From NCBI GenBank assembly GCA_963783305.1, contig CAWAMW010000017.1, positions 448,001 to 512,000 of the forward strand: a stretch of DNA of 64,000 nt, read 5' to 3'. Shown piece by piece: positions 30,335 through 40,801 of this stretch. Below the pieces are notes generated by a model. It was not told the origin of the DNA and searched no databases. It was given only the letters and a program-made list of their open reading frames with translations. Numbering within the stretch: the first letter of the stretch is position 1; each line of letters opens with the position of its first letter. The translations under genes were made by a program, and so were the position numbers. The stretch comes from an uncultured Gemmatimonadales bacterium (lineage in GTDB: Bacteria; Gemmatimonadota; Gemmatimonadetes; Longimicrobiales; RSA9).

Positions 30335-31270
30335 TCACGGTTCTCGACCCACTTCCTTGTACCTCGCGCCCCCGCCGCCGTTCCCCGGCCGCGTCTTCCA
30401 GCGACGATGGTGCCAGAGATACTGCCCGGGCTCCTCCCGCACCGCCGCCTCCAGCGCCGCCGCCAGCTCCGCCGTAAGCAGGTCCGCCTGCTCCTCGGCG
30501 TCCGCCGCGACCGGCATCGGCACCGGCCGGATCGTGACCCGATAGCCGCCGTCCGCGCGGCGCACGGCCGTCCCCATGAATACGGGGGCCCCCGTCCTCG
30601 ACGCCAGCACCGCCGGCCCGCGGTGCGTCGAGGCGGGGCGGCCGAAGAACGGCACGAAGACGCCCCGCGATCGGGCGTCCTGGTCGGCCACCAGCGCCAC
30701 CGCTCGTCCCTTGCGCAGCGAGCGCAACGACGCCTTCGTGGCGCCGCCACGCCGGATGACCGTCATGCCCAGCCGCTCACGGGCCTGGTTGATGAGCCGG
30801 TCGATATGTGGGTTCGCCTGCCGCTGCGCCACCACGTCCAGCGGCACCCCGCGCGCGGCCACACTCGCACCGCCGATCTCCCAGTTCCCCAGATGTCCGG
30901 TGACCAGGATGGCGCCCGCGCCGCTCTCCACCGCTTGCCGCAGCGCTTCCAGCCCCCTCACCTCCGTGGCCGCGATGACCTCGTCCCGGCCGAGGCGGGA
31001 CAGTCTCAGGAGCATCATCGCCTCCTGTCCCAGGTGCTCGTACGACGCGGCGGCCACGCGCCCGATCCACCGCTCGTCCCGATCGCCGAAGGCGTCCCGG
31101 AGCTGTTGCTCCACGACCCGCCGACGGATCCCCAGGCGGCGATAGGCGAAACGGCCGAGCGCGGCGGCGAGGCGGCCGCTGAGGCGCGCGCCGACCACCC
31201 GGTCGAAGCCGCGGGCCAGGAGAACGAGGCCGTACTCGAGACGGTGTTGCGCGCGACGTCGCAGGCTCAT
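30335..31270 (-). CDS. Lipid A late (lauroyl) acyltransferase family
   Basis: GHLGNWE, ADQDA..GVFVPFFG, PGQYLWHHRRWK. Confidence 0.9.
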   Translation of the reverse strand: MSLRRRAQHRLEYGLVLLARGFDRVVGARLSGRLAAALGRFAYRRLGIRRRVVEQQLRDAFGDRDERWIGRVAAASYEHLGQEAMMLLRLSRLGRDEVIAATEVRGLEALRQAVESGAGAILVTGHLGNWEIGGASVAARGVPLDVVAQRQANPHIDRLINQARERLGMTVIRRGGATKASLRSLRKGRAVALVADQDARSRGVFVPFFGRPASTHRGPAVLASRTGAPVFMGTAVRRADGGYRVTIRPVPMPVAADAEEQADLLTAELAAALEAAVREEPGQYLWHHRRWKTRPGNGGGGARYKEVGREP

Positions 31271-31935
31271 GACTCGCCGAAATCGGTGCGGATGAACGAG
31301 TAGCGGCGGCCGTCGTGTGTGATGTAGAAGATCCGGTAGCCGTAGCGCTCCAGCACCCCCACGAGCTCCTCCACACCGTCGCGCTCCTCCGGGCTCGACG
31401 CGGTGGGGAACGCCACCAGCAACTGCCGGACGTCGACCTCCAGCGCCACCAGGTCGCGGATAGCCGCGGACGCCCCGGCCGCGTTCAGCTTCACCAGGTC
31501 CACTCGGCGGTGGCCCAGCGTCTTCATGAGGCTCCCGAGCCGGACCGTTCCGGCGCCCTGCATCCCCAGGGACGGATCCGCATCCCGGTTCTCCGCACCC
31601 ACCTGGATGGCGTCGAGCTGAAGCTCGTCGAGCAGACCTTCCGCCTCCGCGCGCGCGGCCACCTCGGGGTGCGGGTCGAAGAGGTACACCCGTGCGGAGT
31701 AGTCCTGGATGAGTGCCCGCTCCAGCTGGAGGTCGCTCCCGAGATCGAACGAATACACGAGGTCGCCGGGCCGCAGCACCTCGGGGCAGATCCACCAGCC
31801 ACCGTGCTGCACGCGGTGAGCTCGTATCTGCACGCGCGTCCGCGGCTCCGTGCCCTGCCACTGCCGGACCCTGCGTCGGATCCGGGCCAGCGACCATCGC
31901 CAGGCGCTCATCCGCTTCGCCTGCCCATCCCTCAT
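31267..31935 (-). CDS. FkbM-like methyltransferase (degenerate motifs)
   Basis: Paralog of 34195-34908: HGGWWICP, VYSFDLG, FDPHP, VDLVKLNAAG (canonical KLDVEG altered). Confidence 0.7.
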   Translation of the reverse strand: MRDGQAKRMSAWRWSLARIRRRVRQWQGTEPRTRVQIRAHRVQHGGWWICPEVLRPGDLVYSFDLGSDLQLERALIQDYSARVYLFDPHPEVAARAEAEGLLDELQLDAIQVGAENRDADPSLGMQGAGTVRLGSLMKTLGHRRVDLVKLNAAGASAAIRDLVALEVDVRQLLVAFPTASSPEERDGVEELVGVLERYGYRIFYITHDGRRYSFIRTDFGES

Positions 31936-33041
31936 TGCCCCTCCGGCCCCTCGGGTTCCGCGCCAAGATAAGGCCCGTCGCTGCCGCGCGCCCGCCCGGG
32001 CGGGTACCGCTCCGCCGCACGCTCCACGCGGCTCAACACCTGCCCGACCGTGATCTCCTCCATCCGTCCCAGTTTGGGGGTGAAATCGGAGGGGTCCGGA
32101 TCATCCCCCGACTCCGTGTAGGCGTCCACCCACAGGTCCTCGTACTTCTGGTAGGGTCCCACCCGCCACGGGTTGGTGTGCCCGTACAGCCCGATCACCG
32201 GGGTATCCAGCGCCCGCGCGATGTGGACGGGACCCGTGTCCGGCGCGATCACCAGATCGCTCCCCTCCAGCCGCCAGAGGAGCGGCCGGATGCCATCGCC
32301 CATCGCCACCACCGGCTCCGTCTCCGATGCCGCCAGGATCTCCCGCACGATCCCCCGCTCCCGCTCCGAGGGGCCGCCCACGAGGACGGTGTCGTAGCCG
32401 TATTCCCGCTCCAGCGCGTCGATCACCGCGGCCCACCGTTCCGGGAGCCAGTCCTTCTTGACGCTGGCCGAGGCGGGGACGATAGCGGCCACCGGCCGAT
32501 CGAAGCGCTGAAAGAACTCCGCCTGCTCCGCGCGCTCTTCCCGCGTAGGGATGAGCCGCCACTCCAGAGGTCGCGCCGGCACCTCGAGGTATTCCAGGAA
32601 CTCGAGGAACATGTCCTGGGTGTGGGCCCGCGGCCGCGGTGGCAGACGCTCGTCCACGAACAGCCAGGTCATGTCCCGACTCCGTTCGCGGTCGAACCCG
32701 ACCCGGCGGTCGGCGCCCGCGAACAGGGTAGGGAACACGCTCTTGAAGTAGATGTTGAGGTTGAGCACCAGATCGCACCGGCGCTGACCCAGCGACCGCC
32801 ACAGGTCCAGCACCCCCTTCGCGCCCTGGCTCTTCCGGAACACCACCACGTCGTCCACCGCCGGGTGCCCCTGCACGATCGGCGCGGGCATGGGCTCCAC
32901 GACCCACGTGATGCGACGGCTCGGGTCCGCACGCTTCAACGCGTTCACGACCGGCAGCCCGTGGATGACATCACCGAGACCGGTGAGCAGGACCACACAC
33001 AGGTCGCAAACCCCCTCCAGCGCCTTCGGCGACCCTCTCAT
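31932..33041 (-). CDS. Glycosyltransferase family 9 (heptosyltransferase)
   Basis: LTGLGDVIH, ITWVVE, KDW..ERW, APDTGPVHIA. Confidence 0.92.
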   Translation of the reverse strand: MRGSPKALEGVCDLCVVLLTGLGDVIHGLPVVNALKRADPSRRITWVVEPMPAPIVQGHPAVDDVVVFRKSQGAKGVLDLWRSLGQRRCDLVLNLNIYFKSVFPTLFAGADRRVGFDRERSRDMTWLFVDERLPPRPRAHTQDMFLEFLEYLEVPARPLEWRLIPTREERAEQAEFFQRFDRPVAAIVPASASVKKDWLPERWAAVIDALEREYGYDTVLVGGPSERERGIVREILAASETEPVVAMGDGIRPLLWRLEGSDLVIAPDTGPVHIARALDTPVIGLYGHTNPWRVGPYQKYEDLWVDAYTESGDDPDPSDFTPKLGRMEEITVGQVLSRVERAAERYPPGRARGSDGPYLGAEPEGPEGQ

Positions 33042-34198
33042 CGCGCGCGCTCCTCCCCCGCCAGCACCCGCTCCGTGTGCTCCACCGTGCGCTCTGGCGC
33101 GAACCAGTGCTCCGCGCGCCAACGGACTTCACGCCGCAGCCCCGCCGCGGTCGCTCCGGCCCCCGGCCGGAGCGCACCGGCCCCTCCCACGGCCACGGCC
33201 CCCGGCGGCACCTCGTCCCGCCCCAGCGCCGTCAGCGCTTCCCGCAGCCCTACCGCCATGGCTTCAGCGTCGTCGGGCGGGACGATCCAGCCCGCCTCGG
33301 GCCGGTCCCCCCGTCGACCGATCGCTTCCCGCACCCCGCTGATGTCGGTGCCGATGATGAGACACCCGGCCGCCATCGCCTCCAGCATCACGTTCGCCAT
33401 CCCCTCCCTCCGGCTCGGGAGCACGAACACATCGGCGTCCACCAGCAGGTCGCCCAGGTTCTCCCGGAACCCCAGCCAGTGCACGCGGTCACTGACGCCG
33501 AGCGCCTCGGCCCGCTCCCGAAGCGCTCCTTCCGCTTCGCCCCGACCGGCGATCGCCAGGCGCGCGTCCGACCCGGCCCTCGCGAACGCATCCAGCAGCA
33601 GGTCGAATCCCTTTCGGGACTCCAGCCGACCGGCTCCCGCAACCAGCGGGACGCTCGACGGCAGATCCAGCTCGCTCCGCACGGTCAGGCCGGACGCCTC
33701 CGGAGGGCGCACACCGTTCAACACCACGTGCACCTCTTCCGCCGGGAACCCCGGTGCCGAATCGAGCCACCTCTGCCGGATCACTTCGGAATTCACGATC
33801 AGCGCGTCGATATAGTGCTCGAAGGCGTGCCGGTACTTCCACTTCGGCGGAAGGTCGTGCTCGATCCCGAGCCGTTCCACCACGCGCGGGACTCCCGCCC
33901 GTCGAGCCCCCCAGCCGCCCCAGAAGACCCGCTTGAACGCCGAGAGCAGCACTACATCCGGTCGCTCCCGCCGCAGCATCGCGGCAAATACCAGCGCCCG
34001 CACGATATCCGCATCGCCTCCAGGGCGGGCGTGAGTCAGCCGCAGCCCCGCCGCCCGAGCCCGCTCCGCCACCGGCTTCCCTCGCTTGCACGAGACCAGC
34101 ACATCATGGCCCCGCTCCGAAAGACCCTTCGCCACCAGCACCAGCCACTTCTCGTTCCCGCCCCAGATCGAAGCGTCGCTCTGCACCACGACCTTCAT
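33038..34198 (-). CDS. Glycosyltransferase family 4
   Basis: WGGNEK, GRLESRKG, PSRREGMANVMLEAMAAG. Confidence 0.92.
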   Translation of the reverse strand: MKVVVQSDASIWGGNEKWLVLVAKGLSERGHDVLVSCKRGKPVAERARAAGLRLTHARPGGDADIVRALVFAAMLRRERPDVVLLSAFKRVFWGGWGARRAGVPRVVERLGIEHDLPPKWKYRHAFEHYIDALIVNSEVIRQRWLDSAPGFPAEEVHVVLNGVRPPEASGLTVRSELDLPSSVPLVAGAGRLESRKGFDLLLDAFARAGSDARLAIAGRGEAEGALRERAEALGVSDRVHWLGFRENLGDLLVDADVFVLPSRREGMANVMLEAMAAGCLIIGTDISGVREAIGRRGDRPEAGWIVPPDDAEAMAVGLREALTALGRDEVPPGAVAVGGAGALRPGAGATAAGLRREVRWRAEHWFAPERTVEHTERVLAGEERAR

Positions 34199-34908
34199 GC
34201 GGCGTCGCGGAGGATCAGGGCGTGCTCCCGTCCGGATGGAGAGATGTGGAAGATGCCGTAGCCGTGCGCGCGCAGCATGGCGAGCGCATCCTCTGTGGCC
34301 GCGATCCCGATCCCGGGAAACCGGTGATGGAACTCCACCAGCACGACCCGGGGGCGCAGCCCGGCGTCTATCATGTCGCGGATCACTTCGTACTCGACTC
34401 CCTCGACGTCCAGCTTGAGCAGGTGGATGTCATTATGGCCGTGCGCCTCCAGCAGCGTCGGCAGACGACGGACCTCCACTCGATCGCCAGCGCCCTCCTC
34501 GTGCTCCCGGACCATGCTCTGGGATCCCCAGGGGCTCCTGGACCCGTGGAAGAACGCGCTGCCATCGTAGCCGGCAACGCCCTGGTCCACGTGCCGGAAC
34601 CGCGCGGGCAGCTCCTGCCCCCCCAGCCAGGCCACGCTCGAGGGCGTGGGGTCGAAGCCCAGCACGTCCATCTCGAAACGCTCCGCCAGGTGCCGCTCCA
34701 GGCGGATGTCGTGGCCGAGACCGAAGCAGTAGGCGACACCGCCACGGGGCATCAGATCGGGGCAGATCCACCATCCCCCGTGCTCCTCCACACGGCACTC
34801 GATCTCCACCCGGCTCTGCACCTCACTGCCGAGCCACTGCCGTACCCGCCGCTTCGCCCGCAGCACTGAAGGCGCCCGCTCGATCCTCTTCCACCAGTCC
34901 GGTCTCAC
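34195..34908 (-). CDS. FkbM-family methyltransferase
   Basis: YCFGLGHDI, FDPTP, LLKLDVEGVE, LVEFHH; GTGA overlap with the upstream gene. Confidence 0.85.
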   Translation of the reverse strand: MRPDWWKRIERAPSVLRAKRRVRQWLGSEVQSRVEIECRVEEHGGWWICPDLMPRGGVAYCFGLGHDIRLERHLAERFEMDVLGFDPTPSSVAWLGGQELPARFRHVDQGVAGYDGSAFFHGSRSPWGSQSMVREHEEGAGDRVEVRRLPTLLEAHGHNDIHLLKLDVEGVEYEVIRDMIDAGLRPRVVLVEFHHRFPGIGIAATEDALAMLRAHGYGIFHISPSGREHALILRDAA

Positions 34909-36092
34909 TCCGCTCCTTTGGTTGCTTCCGCGTCTCCCGCGGGCGACCCGGCCTCGGCTCGGCTCCCTGCCCGCAGCACCCGTTCCCACTCATCCAGCAT
35001 CCGCTCGGGGTCGAACCGCGCACGGGCGGCCCGGCGCGCCGCCTCCCCCATGGCACGGAGTAGGCCCCGCTCCGGGAGCAGCGCACGCAGCGCCGCTTCC
35101 AGATCACCGGGCTCGAACCCCACCACCACGCCCGGCGCGGTACCCTCGTCCACCGGGGCCAGCGCCTCCCGAGCGCCGCTCACGTCGGTGCTCACTACCG
35201 GAACGCCCGCGGCCAGCGCCTCCAGCATGGCGTTGCTCATCCCCTCCCGGTCCGATGGCAGGACGAACACGTCCATGGCGTCCAGGACAGGGCCCACGTC
35301 CTCCTGGTGGCCGGGAAGATGTAGACGAGCTCCCACGCCCGCGCTCGTGGCCTCCCGCTCCAGCGCGGCGCGCTCAGGACCCTCCCCCACCACAACCGCG
35401 TGCGCCTCCGGCATCGACCGCAGTACTCCCACCAGCCGGTCGTATCGCTTCTGCGTTGCCAGCCGCCCCACCGACCCCAGCAGCGGCGCGTCCAGCGGGA
35501 TCCCGGTCATGGCGCGGAACGAGGCGCCACCGCGCAGCGCGGGCGGGCGCACACCGGTGTGGATGGTGACGGTCTCTCCGGGGAATTCGGGCATGCGCTC
35601 CAGGAACCGCTCCCGCATCCCGTCCGCGTTGAAGACCACCGCGTCGATCCAGTGGCCGAAGACAAAACGGTACTTGGCGTTGCGGGGCATGTCCGTCTCG
35701 AGCCCTATGCGCGCCACGACACGGGGTACGCCCGCAATCCGGGCGGCCAGCGCTCCCAGCCAGAGCTTCCGGAACGTACCGAGGAGGAGCACCTCCGGGC
35801 CTCTGCGCCGCAGCTCCCGGGCAAACCGGAGCGCCTGGTGGATCGCGATGTCGCCCCCCAGATGCTGCCGCCGGGTGAGGATCCCCATGGCGGCCGCCCT
35901 CCGCTTCACCTCGGGGTCACTGCAGTAGAGGCGCACCGCGTGGCCGCGGCCGTCGAGGCCACTCAGGACCCGGGCCAAGGCGATCTCCGCCCCGCCCCAT
36001 ACCGGAGCACCGTTGTGGGCGGCCACCCGGAGCGGCCGCGCGATCTCGGCCTCCCCCTCCCCTCCTGCGCCCCCCCCGATCGCCCCCGCCAC
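34905..36092 (-). CDS. Glycosyltransferase family 4
   Basis: WGGAE, VGRLATQK, PSDREGMSNAMLEALAAG. Start uncertain. Confidence 0.9.
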   Translation of the reverse strand: MAGAIGGGAGGEGEAEIARPLRVAAHNGAPVWGGAEIALARVLSGLDGRGHAVRLYCSDPEVKRRAAAMGILTRRQHLGGDIAIHQALRFARELRRRGPEVLLLGTFRKLWLGALAARIAGVPRVVARIGLETDMPRNAKYRFVFGHWIDAVVFNADGMRERFLERMPEFPGETVTIHTGVRPPALRGGASFRAMTGIPLDAPLLGSVGRLATQKRYDRLVGVLRSMPEAHAVVVGEGPERAALEREATSAGVGARLHLPGHQEDVGPVLDAMDVFVLPSDREGMSNAMLEALAAGVPVVSTDVSGAREALAPVDEGTAPGVVVGFEPGDLEAALRALLPERGLLRAMGEAARRAARARFDPERMLDEWERVLRAGSRAEAGSPAGDAEATKGAE

Positions 36093-36093
36093 C

Positions 36094-37938
36094 TCAGCCG
36101 ACCGCCGGGCCGGCCGCTTCCATGTCCGCGAACTGGAGCTGGTAGAGCCGTCGATACAGCCCGTCCCGCTCCAGCAGCTCCTCGTGCGTCCCCTGGTCCA
36201 CCACCGCGCCATCCTTCATGACCACGATCCTGTCGGCCTTCCGGACCGTGGACAGCCGGTGCGCGATTACCAGCACCGTGCGGTCCTCCATGAGACGCTC
36301 GATCGCCTGCTGCACCAGAGACTCGCTCTGGGTGTCCAGCGCGCTCGTGGCCTCGTCCAGGATCAGGATGGGCGCATCCCGCAGCAGCGCACGCGCAATG
36401 GCGATCCGCTGCCGCTGACCTCCGCTCAGCCGCGTGCCCCGCTCGCCCAGCACCGTGTCGTAGCCCTCCGGCAGCTGCACGATGAAGTCGTGGGCGTGCG
36501 CCGCCCGCGCCGCCGCCTCCAGCGCCTCCTGCGGCACGTCGCCGGCGCCGTATCCGATGTTGGCACGGACCGTATCGTGGAAGAGGATCGTCTCCTGGGT
36601 CACGATCCCCATGAGCGACCGCAGGTCGCCTGTCCGGAGCTCCCGCAGGTCCGTCCCATCCAGCGTGATCCGCCCCGCGGTCGGCTCATAGAATCGCGGG
36701 ACCAGGTTGGCGATCGTCGTCTTACCCGCCCCGCTCGGCCCCACCAGCGCAACCACATCGCCGCGTCCGATCTCGAGATCGACGCCCCGCAGCACCGGCT
36801 CCCCCGGCTCGTACTCGAAGCCCACCGACTCCAGCCGGATCGCGTCGTCGAAACCGTCCACCCGGCGGGCGTCCGGTGGATCCGTGATCTCCGGCCGGGC
36901 GTCCAGCAGCTCGAACGCCCGCTCCGCCGCCGCCAGCCCCGGCTGCACGATGGCCGGGAACTTCCCGAGCCACTTGATCGGCGACAGGATCCGCGCGGCC
37001 AGCACCGTGAACGCGATGAACGCGCCCGGCGCCAGCGTTCCCTCCACCAGCACCTGCCGGCTCCCGAACCAGAGCACCACCAGGAGCGCCGTGGCGATGA
37101 TCATCTCGTTGGCCGGTGGGAAGAACTGCCGCCAGCGCTCGTTCCGAACTGTCGCCTTGTACTGCCGCCGCGTGAGCTCCCGGAACCGGGCCTCCTCGTA
37201 CCGCTCCGACCCCGTAGCTTTCACCAGCCGCACACCGCCAATCGACTCCTGGATGTGCGACGACACCTCGCCCACCGCGTCCCACACCTTCAGCACCCCC
37301 GCCCAGATCCGCTTCCGGAACCGCTGCCACAGCCCCATCATCACCGGCAGTGCGATGAGCGTCGCCAGCGTCAGCTGCCAGGAGAGGAGCAGCAGCACGA
37401 CAAGGAACGCCGCGGCCTGGATCACGTTGCTCAGACCCTGCGCCAGGTTCCGCGTCACCAGCGTGCGGAGCTGGTCCACGTCGTTCGTCACGCGGGAGAT
37501 GATCTGGCCAGACTTCGTCCGCTGGAAGAAGCCCAGGTCCATCTCCATCAGGTGCGAATAGATCTCGTCCCGCAGGTCCTTGGTCACCCGCTGTTCGATC
37601 ACCACGACCACGTACAGCTGGATGTACAGCGCGATGTTCTTCAGCAGGAAGATGAGGAACAGGATCACCAGCACGTTCCTGAGTCCCACCATCGGCGCGT
37701 CCGGCGGGATCATCCCCCCCACCACGTCGTTCAGGAAGTCGTACACGCCCCCCTCCCGACCCGCAAAGAGCGATGAGCCCGCCTCCGCTGGATCCCTGAA
37801 CAGCACCTCCAGGAACGGGATCAGCATCGCCATGCTGATCGCGTCCAGCGCGCTGAAGATCGCCATGGCGACGACCGACAGCGCGAAAAGCCCGCGATAG
37901 GGCTTCAGGTAGCGCAGGATTCGGATATAACGACGCAA
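36094..37938 (-). CDS. MsbA-like ABC exporter (TMD plus NBD)
   Basis: GPSGAGKT, LSGGQRQR, ILDEATSALD, IAHRLST; located in the LPS cluster. Confidence 0.92.
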   Translation of the reverse strand: MRRYIRILRYLKPYRGLFALSVVAMAIFSALDAISMAMLIPFLEVLFRDPAEAGSSLFAGREGGVYDFLNDVVGGMIPPDAPMVGLRNVLVILFLIFLLKNIALYIQLYVVVVIEQRVTKDLRDEIYSHLMEMDLGFFQRTKSGQIISRVTNDVDQLRTLVTRNLAQGLSNVIQAAAFLVVLLLLSWQLTLATLIALPVMMGLWQRFRKRIWAGVLKVWDAVGEVSSHIQESIGGVRLVKATGSERYEEARFRELTRRQYKATVRNERWRQFFPPANEMIIATALLVVLWFGSRQVLVEGTLAPGAFIAFTVLAARILSPIKWLGKFPAIVQPGLAAAERAFELLDARPEITDPPDARRVDGFDDAIRLESVGFEYEPGEPVLRGVDLEIGRGDVVALVGPSGAGKTTIANLVPRFYEPTAGRITLDGTDLRELRTGDLRSLMGIVTQETILFHDTVRANIGYGAGDVPQEALEAAARAAHAHDFIVQLPEGYDTVLGERGTRLSGGQRQRIAIARALLRDAPILILDEATSALDTQSESLVQQAIERLMEDRTVLVIAHRLSTVRKADRIVVMKDGAVVDQGTHEELLERDGLYRRLYQLQFADMEAAGPAVG

Positions 37939-38083
37939 AACGATTCCTCAGAGAAGTCTCAGCGGCACACCCGGCCCCCGGTCACCGCGCCCGTTGATAC
38001 CACCTTCTCCCCCCCAGGGTCCACTCGGCCGAAGGCCGCCCCCGCGAGCGAAGCGAGCCCCCGCGGCCCAACGCCGCCCCCGG

Positions 38084-39640
38084 CTACCGGGGCCGGAGGG
38101 TCGCCACCGGAAGCACCATCTCCTCGGGAGAGATCCCGCCGTGCAGGAACGAACCCCGGTACCGCGCCTGGTACTCCCGCAGCTTGGTGGGATAGACGAA
38201 GAAGTAGTCCTCGAGGGCGATCAGGTAGTTCGTGGCCATGCGGCCGGGCGGAAACCGGAGCGCGGTCTCGTCATTGACCCCGAACACGGCCCGGGGCTGC
38301 TCCGCACGCAGATCCTGCCCGAACTTGTAGCGCAGGTTGGAGGTCGCGTCGCGGCGGGCGTACACCGTCACGGGCCGCTCGCAGAGGATGGAGCCGTGGT
38401 CCGTGGTCATGACCACTTCCACGCCCTGCTCGGCGGCCTCCGTGAGGATCCGGAGCGCCGAGGAGCCTTCGAACCACTGCCGGGTCAGCGCCCGCAGACG
38501 GGGTACATCCCGCGCCACCTCCATCAGCAGGCTCGATTCGCTCCGGCCGTGGATGAGCAGGTCCACGAAGTTGAAGACCAGGCTCACGACGCCGGGCTCC
38601 TTCATGGCGGTCCGAACCCGCGCGATGAGGTCGTCCGCCCCATCGTCGCTGAACACCTTCTCGTAGTGCACCGGCACGTCCCGCCCCGTCAGCTCGCGGA
38701 GGTGCTGCGAGAACAGCTCGTCCTCGAACGCGTTCAGGCTCCCCTCCTCCTGCTCCCACCACTCGGGTCGCCGCTCGGCGATGTCGTCCGGGAAGAGCCC
38801 GCTGAAGATGGCGTTCCGCGAATAGGGCGTAGCCGTCGGGAGGATGCTGGAGTAGAGGTCCTCCTCGATCTCGAAGAGGTCCGTCAGAACCGGCCGGATG
38901 ACGCGCCACTGGTCCAGCCGCATGCAGTCGATGACGACGAACAGCACCGGCCGCTCACCCAGGCGCGGGACGAGCCATTGCCGCACCACGTCCGTGCTGA
39001 GCGCCGGCCGCGCTCCCGGCGTCTGGGTGCGCAGCCAGCCCGCATAGCTGTCCCGCACGTGCTCACCGAACTCCCGCCGCAGGTCGTCCAGCAGCGATCG
39101 TACGGAGTCCACCAGGCCGTCCTCGCCCGCCTCCTCCAGTCGCAGCTCCCAGTCGACCAGCTCCGAGTAGATGTCGAAGTAATCCCGCCAACCGCTCGCC
39201 CGGTCCTTCTCGGCGCTCAGCTCGATGAACCGACCGGCGAAGTCCTGCGCGGCCCGCTGCTGCCGCAGCTGCGAGCCCTCCAGCAGCCGGGTCACCACTG
39301 AGAGCACCTGCCGCGGCGAAGCCGGCTTGACCAGGTAGTCATCCACACGGCGGCCGATGGCCTCCTGCATGGTCTGGTCTTCCTCCGATTTGGTCACCAT
39401 GACCACACGCACATGCGGCGCATCCCGACGCAGGTTCCGGAGCACGTCGAGACCGGACCGCCCCGGCATCTGCTCGTCCAGCAGAACCAGGTCGTACGAC
39501 TCGCGTCCCACCATCTCCAGCGCGTCATCGCCGTTCGTGGTGGTGTCCACCTGGTAACCGCGCTGGCGCAGGAAGAGGAGGTGGGGCTCCAGAAGCTCCA
39601 CCTCGTCATCCACCCACAGGATCCGACGATCGTTGGCCAT
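38084..39640 (-). CDS. PorX-like response regulator with PglZ/alkaline-phosphatase domain
   Basis: Receiver ILWVDDE..LLDEQMPG..TKSEE..KP; PglZ IDCMRLDQW, ILPTATPYSRNAIFSG, TTDHG, HGGISPEEM. Confidence 0.92.
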   Translation of the reverse strand: MANDRRILWVDDEVELLEPHLLFLRQRGYQVDTTTNGDDALEMVGRESYDLVLLDEQMPGRSGLDVLRNLRRDAPHVRVVMVTKSEEDQTMQEAIGRRVDDYLVKPASPRQVLSVVTRLLEGSQLRQQRAAQDFAGRFIELSAEKDRASGWRDYFDIYSELVDWELRLEEAGEDGLVDSVRSLLDDLRREFGEHVRDSYAGWLRTQTPGARPALSTDVVRQWLVPRLGERPVLFVVIDCMRLDQWRVIRPVLTDLFEIEEDLYSSILPTATPYSRNAIFSGLFPDDIAERRPEWWEQEEGSLNAFEDELFSQHLRELTGRDVPVHYEKVFSDDGADDLIARVRTAMKEPGVVSLVFNFVDLLIHGRSESSLLMEVARDVPRLRALTRQWFEGSSALRILTEAAEQGVEVVMTTDHGSILCERPVTVYARRDATSNLRYKFGQDLRAEQPRAVFGVNDETALRFPPGRMATNYLIALEDYFFVYPTKLREYQARYRGSFLHGGISPEEMVLPVATLRPR

Positions 39641-39649
39641 TGAGGGAAG

Positions 39650-40726
39650 CTACTCCTCCGTCGGGGACGCCGCGAGGTATCGCTCGTGCGCTCGACGAAC
39701 TCGCTCCAGCACCGCTTCCACCGTCACCCGCGACATCCCGTCCGGCCGGTACTCCATGCTCGCCTCGTACTGCTCGCCCTCGTGGCGCGCGTACCCGTCC
39801 ACCACCAGGTCCTCGAACGCCCGGTAGGGCCCGTACCGCTTCGGGTTCGTATACCCGTACAGCCCGACCACGGGGGTCCCCAGCGCCCGCGCCAGGTGCA
39901 GCGGCCCGGTGTCCGGGCTGATCACCAGTGGCGCCCCCTCCAGAGTCCAGACCAGACGGCGGAGGTCGTCGCCCAGCGCGTCCACCACCGCCGCGCCGGT
40001 CCGCGCCAGGATCGCATCCGCCATCTCGCGCTCCACGGCCGAGGGGCCGCCCACGATCACCGGCCGCATCCCGAACTCCCTCTCCACCGCATCCATGACC
40101 CGGGCGTACCCCTCCGCCGTCCAGTTCTTCGCCGGCTTGCTCGTCCCCACCACGAACGCGCACGCCGGCCGGCCGAGTGAGTCGAAGAACGCATCGCGGG
40201 CAGCCCTGTCCCCATCGCTCAGCGGAACACGCCACTCCACCGGCTCCGGGTCGACCCCCAGGTGCTCGAGGAACTCGAAATACTGGTCCTGCACGTGCTG
40301 GACGGGGTGGGGCGCGATCCGCTCGTTGGTCACCAGCCAGTTCAGGTCCCGGGCCCGCCCCCGGTCGAACCCCAGCTTCACGTCCGCACGCGTCAGCGCG
40401 GTCAGGAGCCCCGCCTTCGCGTACACCTGGAGCCCCAGCACCAGATCGAACCGCCGCTCCCGCAGCTCCACCGCCGCGTCCCGGAACGACCGCCACGCCG
40501 ATAGCCCTCTCCGACGACGGAACACCACGAACCGGTCCACCGCCGGATGTCCCCGCACCAGCCGATGCGGCACCGGCTGAATCAGCCACGTGATCCGCGT
40601 GTCCGGCCACGCCCGCTTCAGCGCGTTCACCACCGGCAGCACATGCACCGCGTCGCCCAGCGCGCTGAGCATCACGATGCAGACTTCCGCCGGCGGCTCC
40701 TCCCTGAACCTCTCAACCGCGCTCAT
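39650..40726 (-). CDS. Glycosyltransferase family 9 (heptosyltransferase)
   Basis: LSALGDAVH, KNW, SPDTGPLHLA; paralog of 31932-33041. Confidence 0.92.
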   Translation of the reverse strand: MSAVERFREEPPAEVCIVMLSALGDAVHVLPVVNALKRAWPDTRITWLIQPVPHRLVRGHPAVDRFVVFRRRRGLSAWRSFRDAAVELRERRFDLVLGLQVYAKAGLLTALTRADVKLGFDRGRARDLNWLVTNERIAPHPVQHVQDQYFEFLEHLGVDPEPVEWRVPLSDGDRAARDAFFDSLGRPACAFVVGTSKPAKNWTAEGYARVMDAVEREFGMRPVIVGGPSAVEREMADAILARTGAAVVDALGDDLRRLVWTLEGAPLVISPDTGPLHLARALGTPVVGLYGYTNPKRYGPYRAFEDLVVDGYARHEGEQYEASMEYRPDGMSRVTVEAVLERVRRAHERYLAASPTEE

Positions 40727-40801
40727 ATCCAATGTCGAATGCACAATCCGAAATTTGAATTTGAATTTGAAGTGGATGCTTCTCTGCTTCCACCCTAGGT
40801 G

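Noticed and set aside
38084..39640. BREX phage-defence system
   Set aside because: The PglZ domain is fused to a receiver (PorX type) and no brx/pgl partner genes are present.
40751..40771. AT-rich (TTTGAA)3 as a regulatory or replication element
   Set aside because: Too short and without supporting context.
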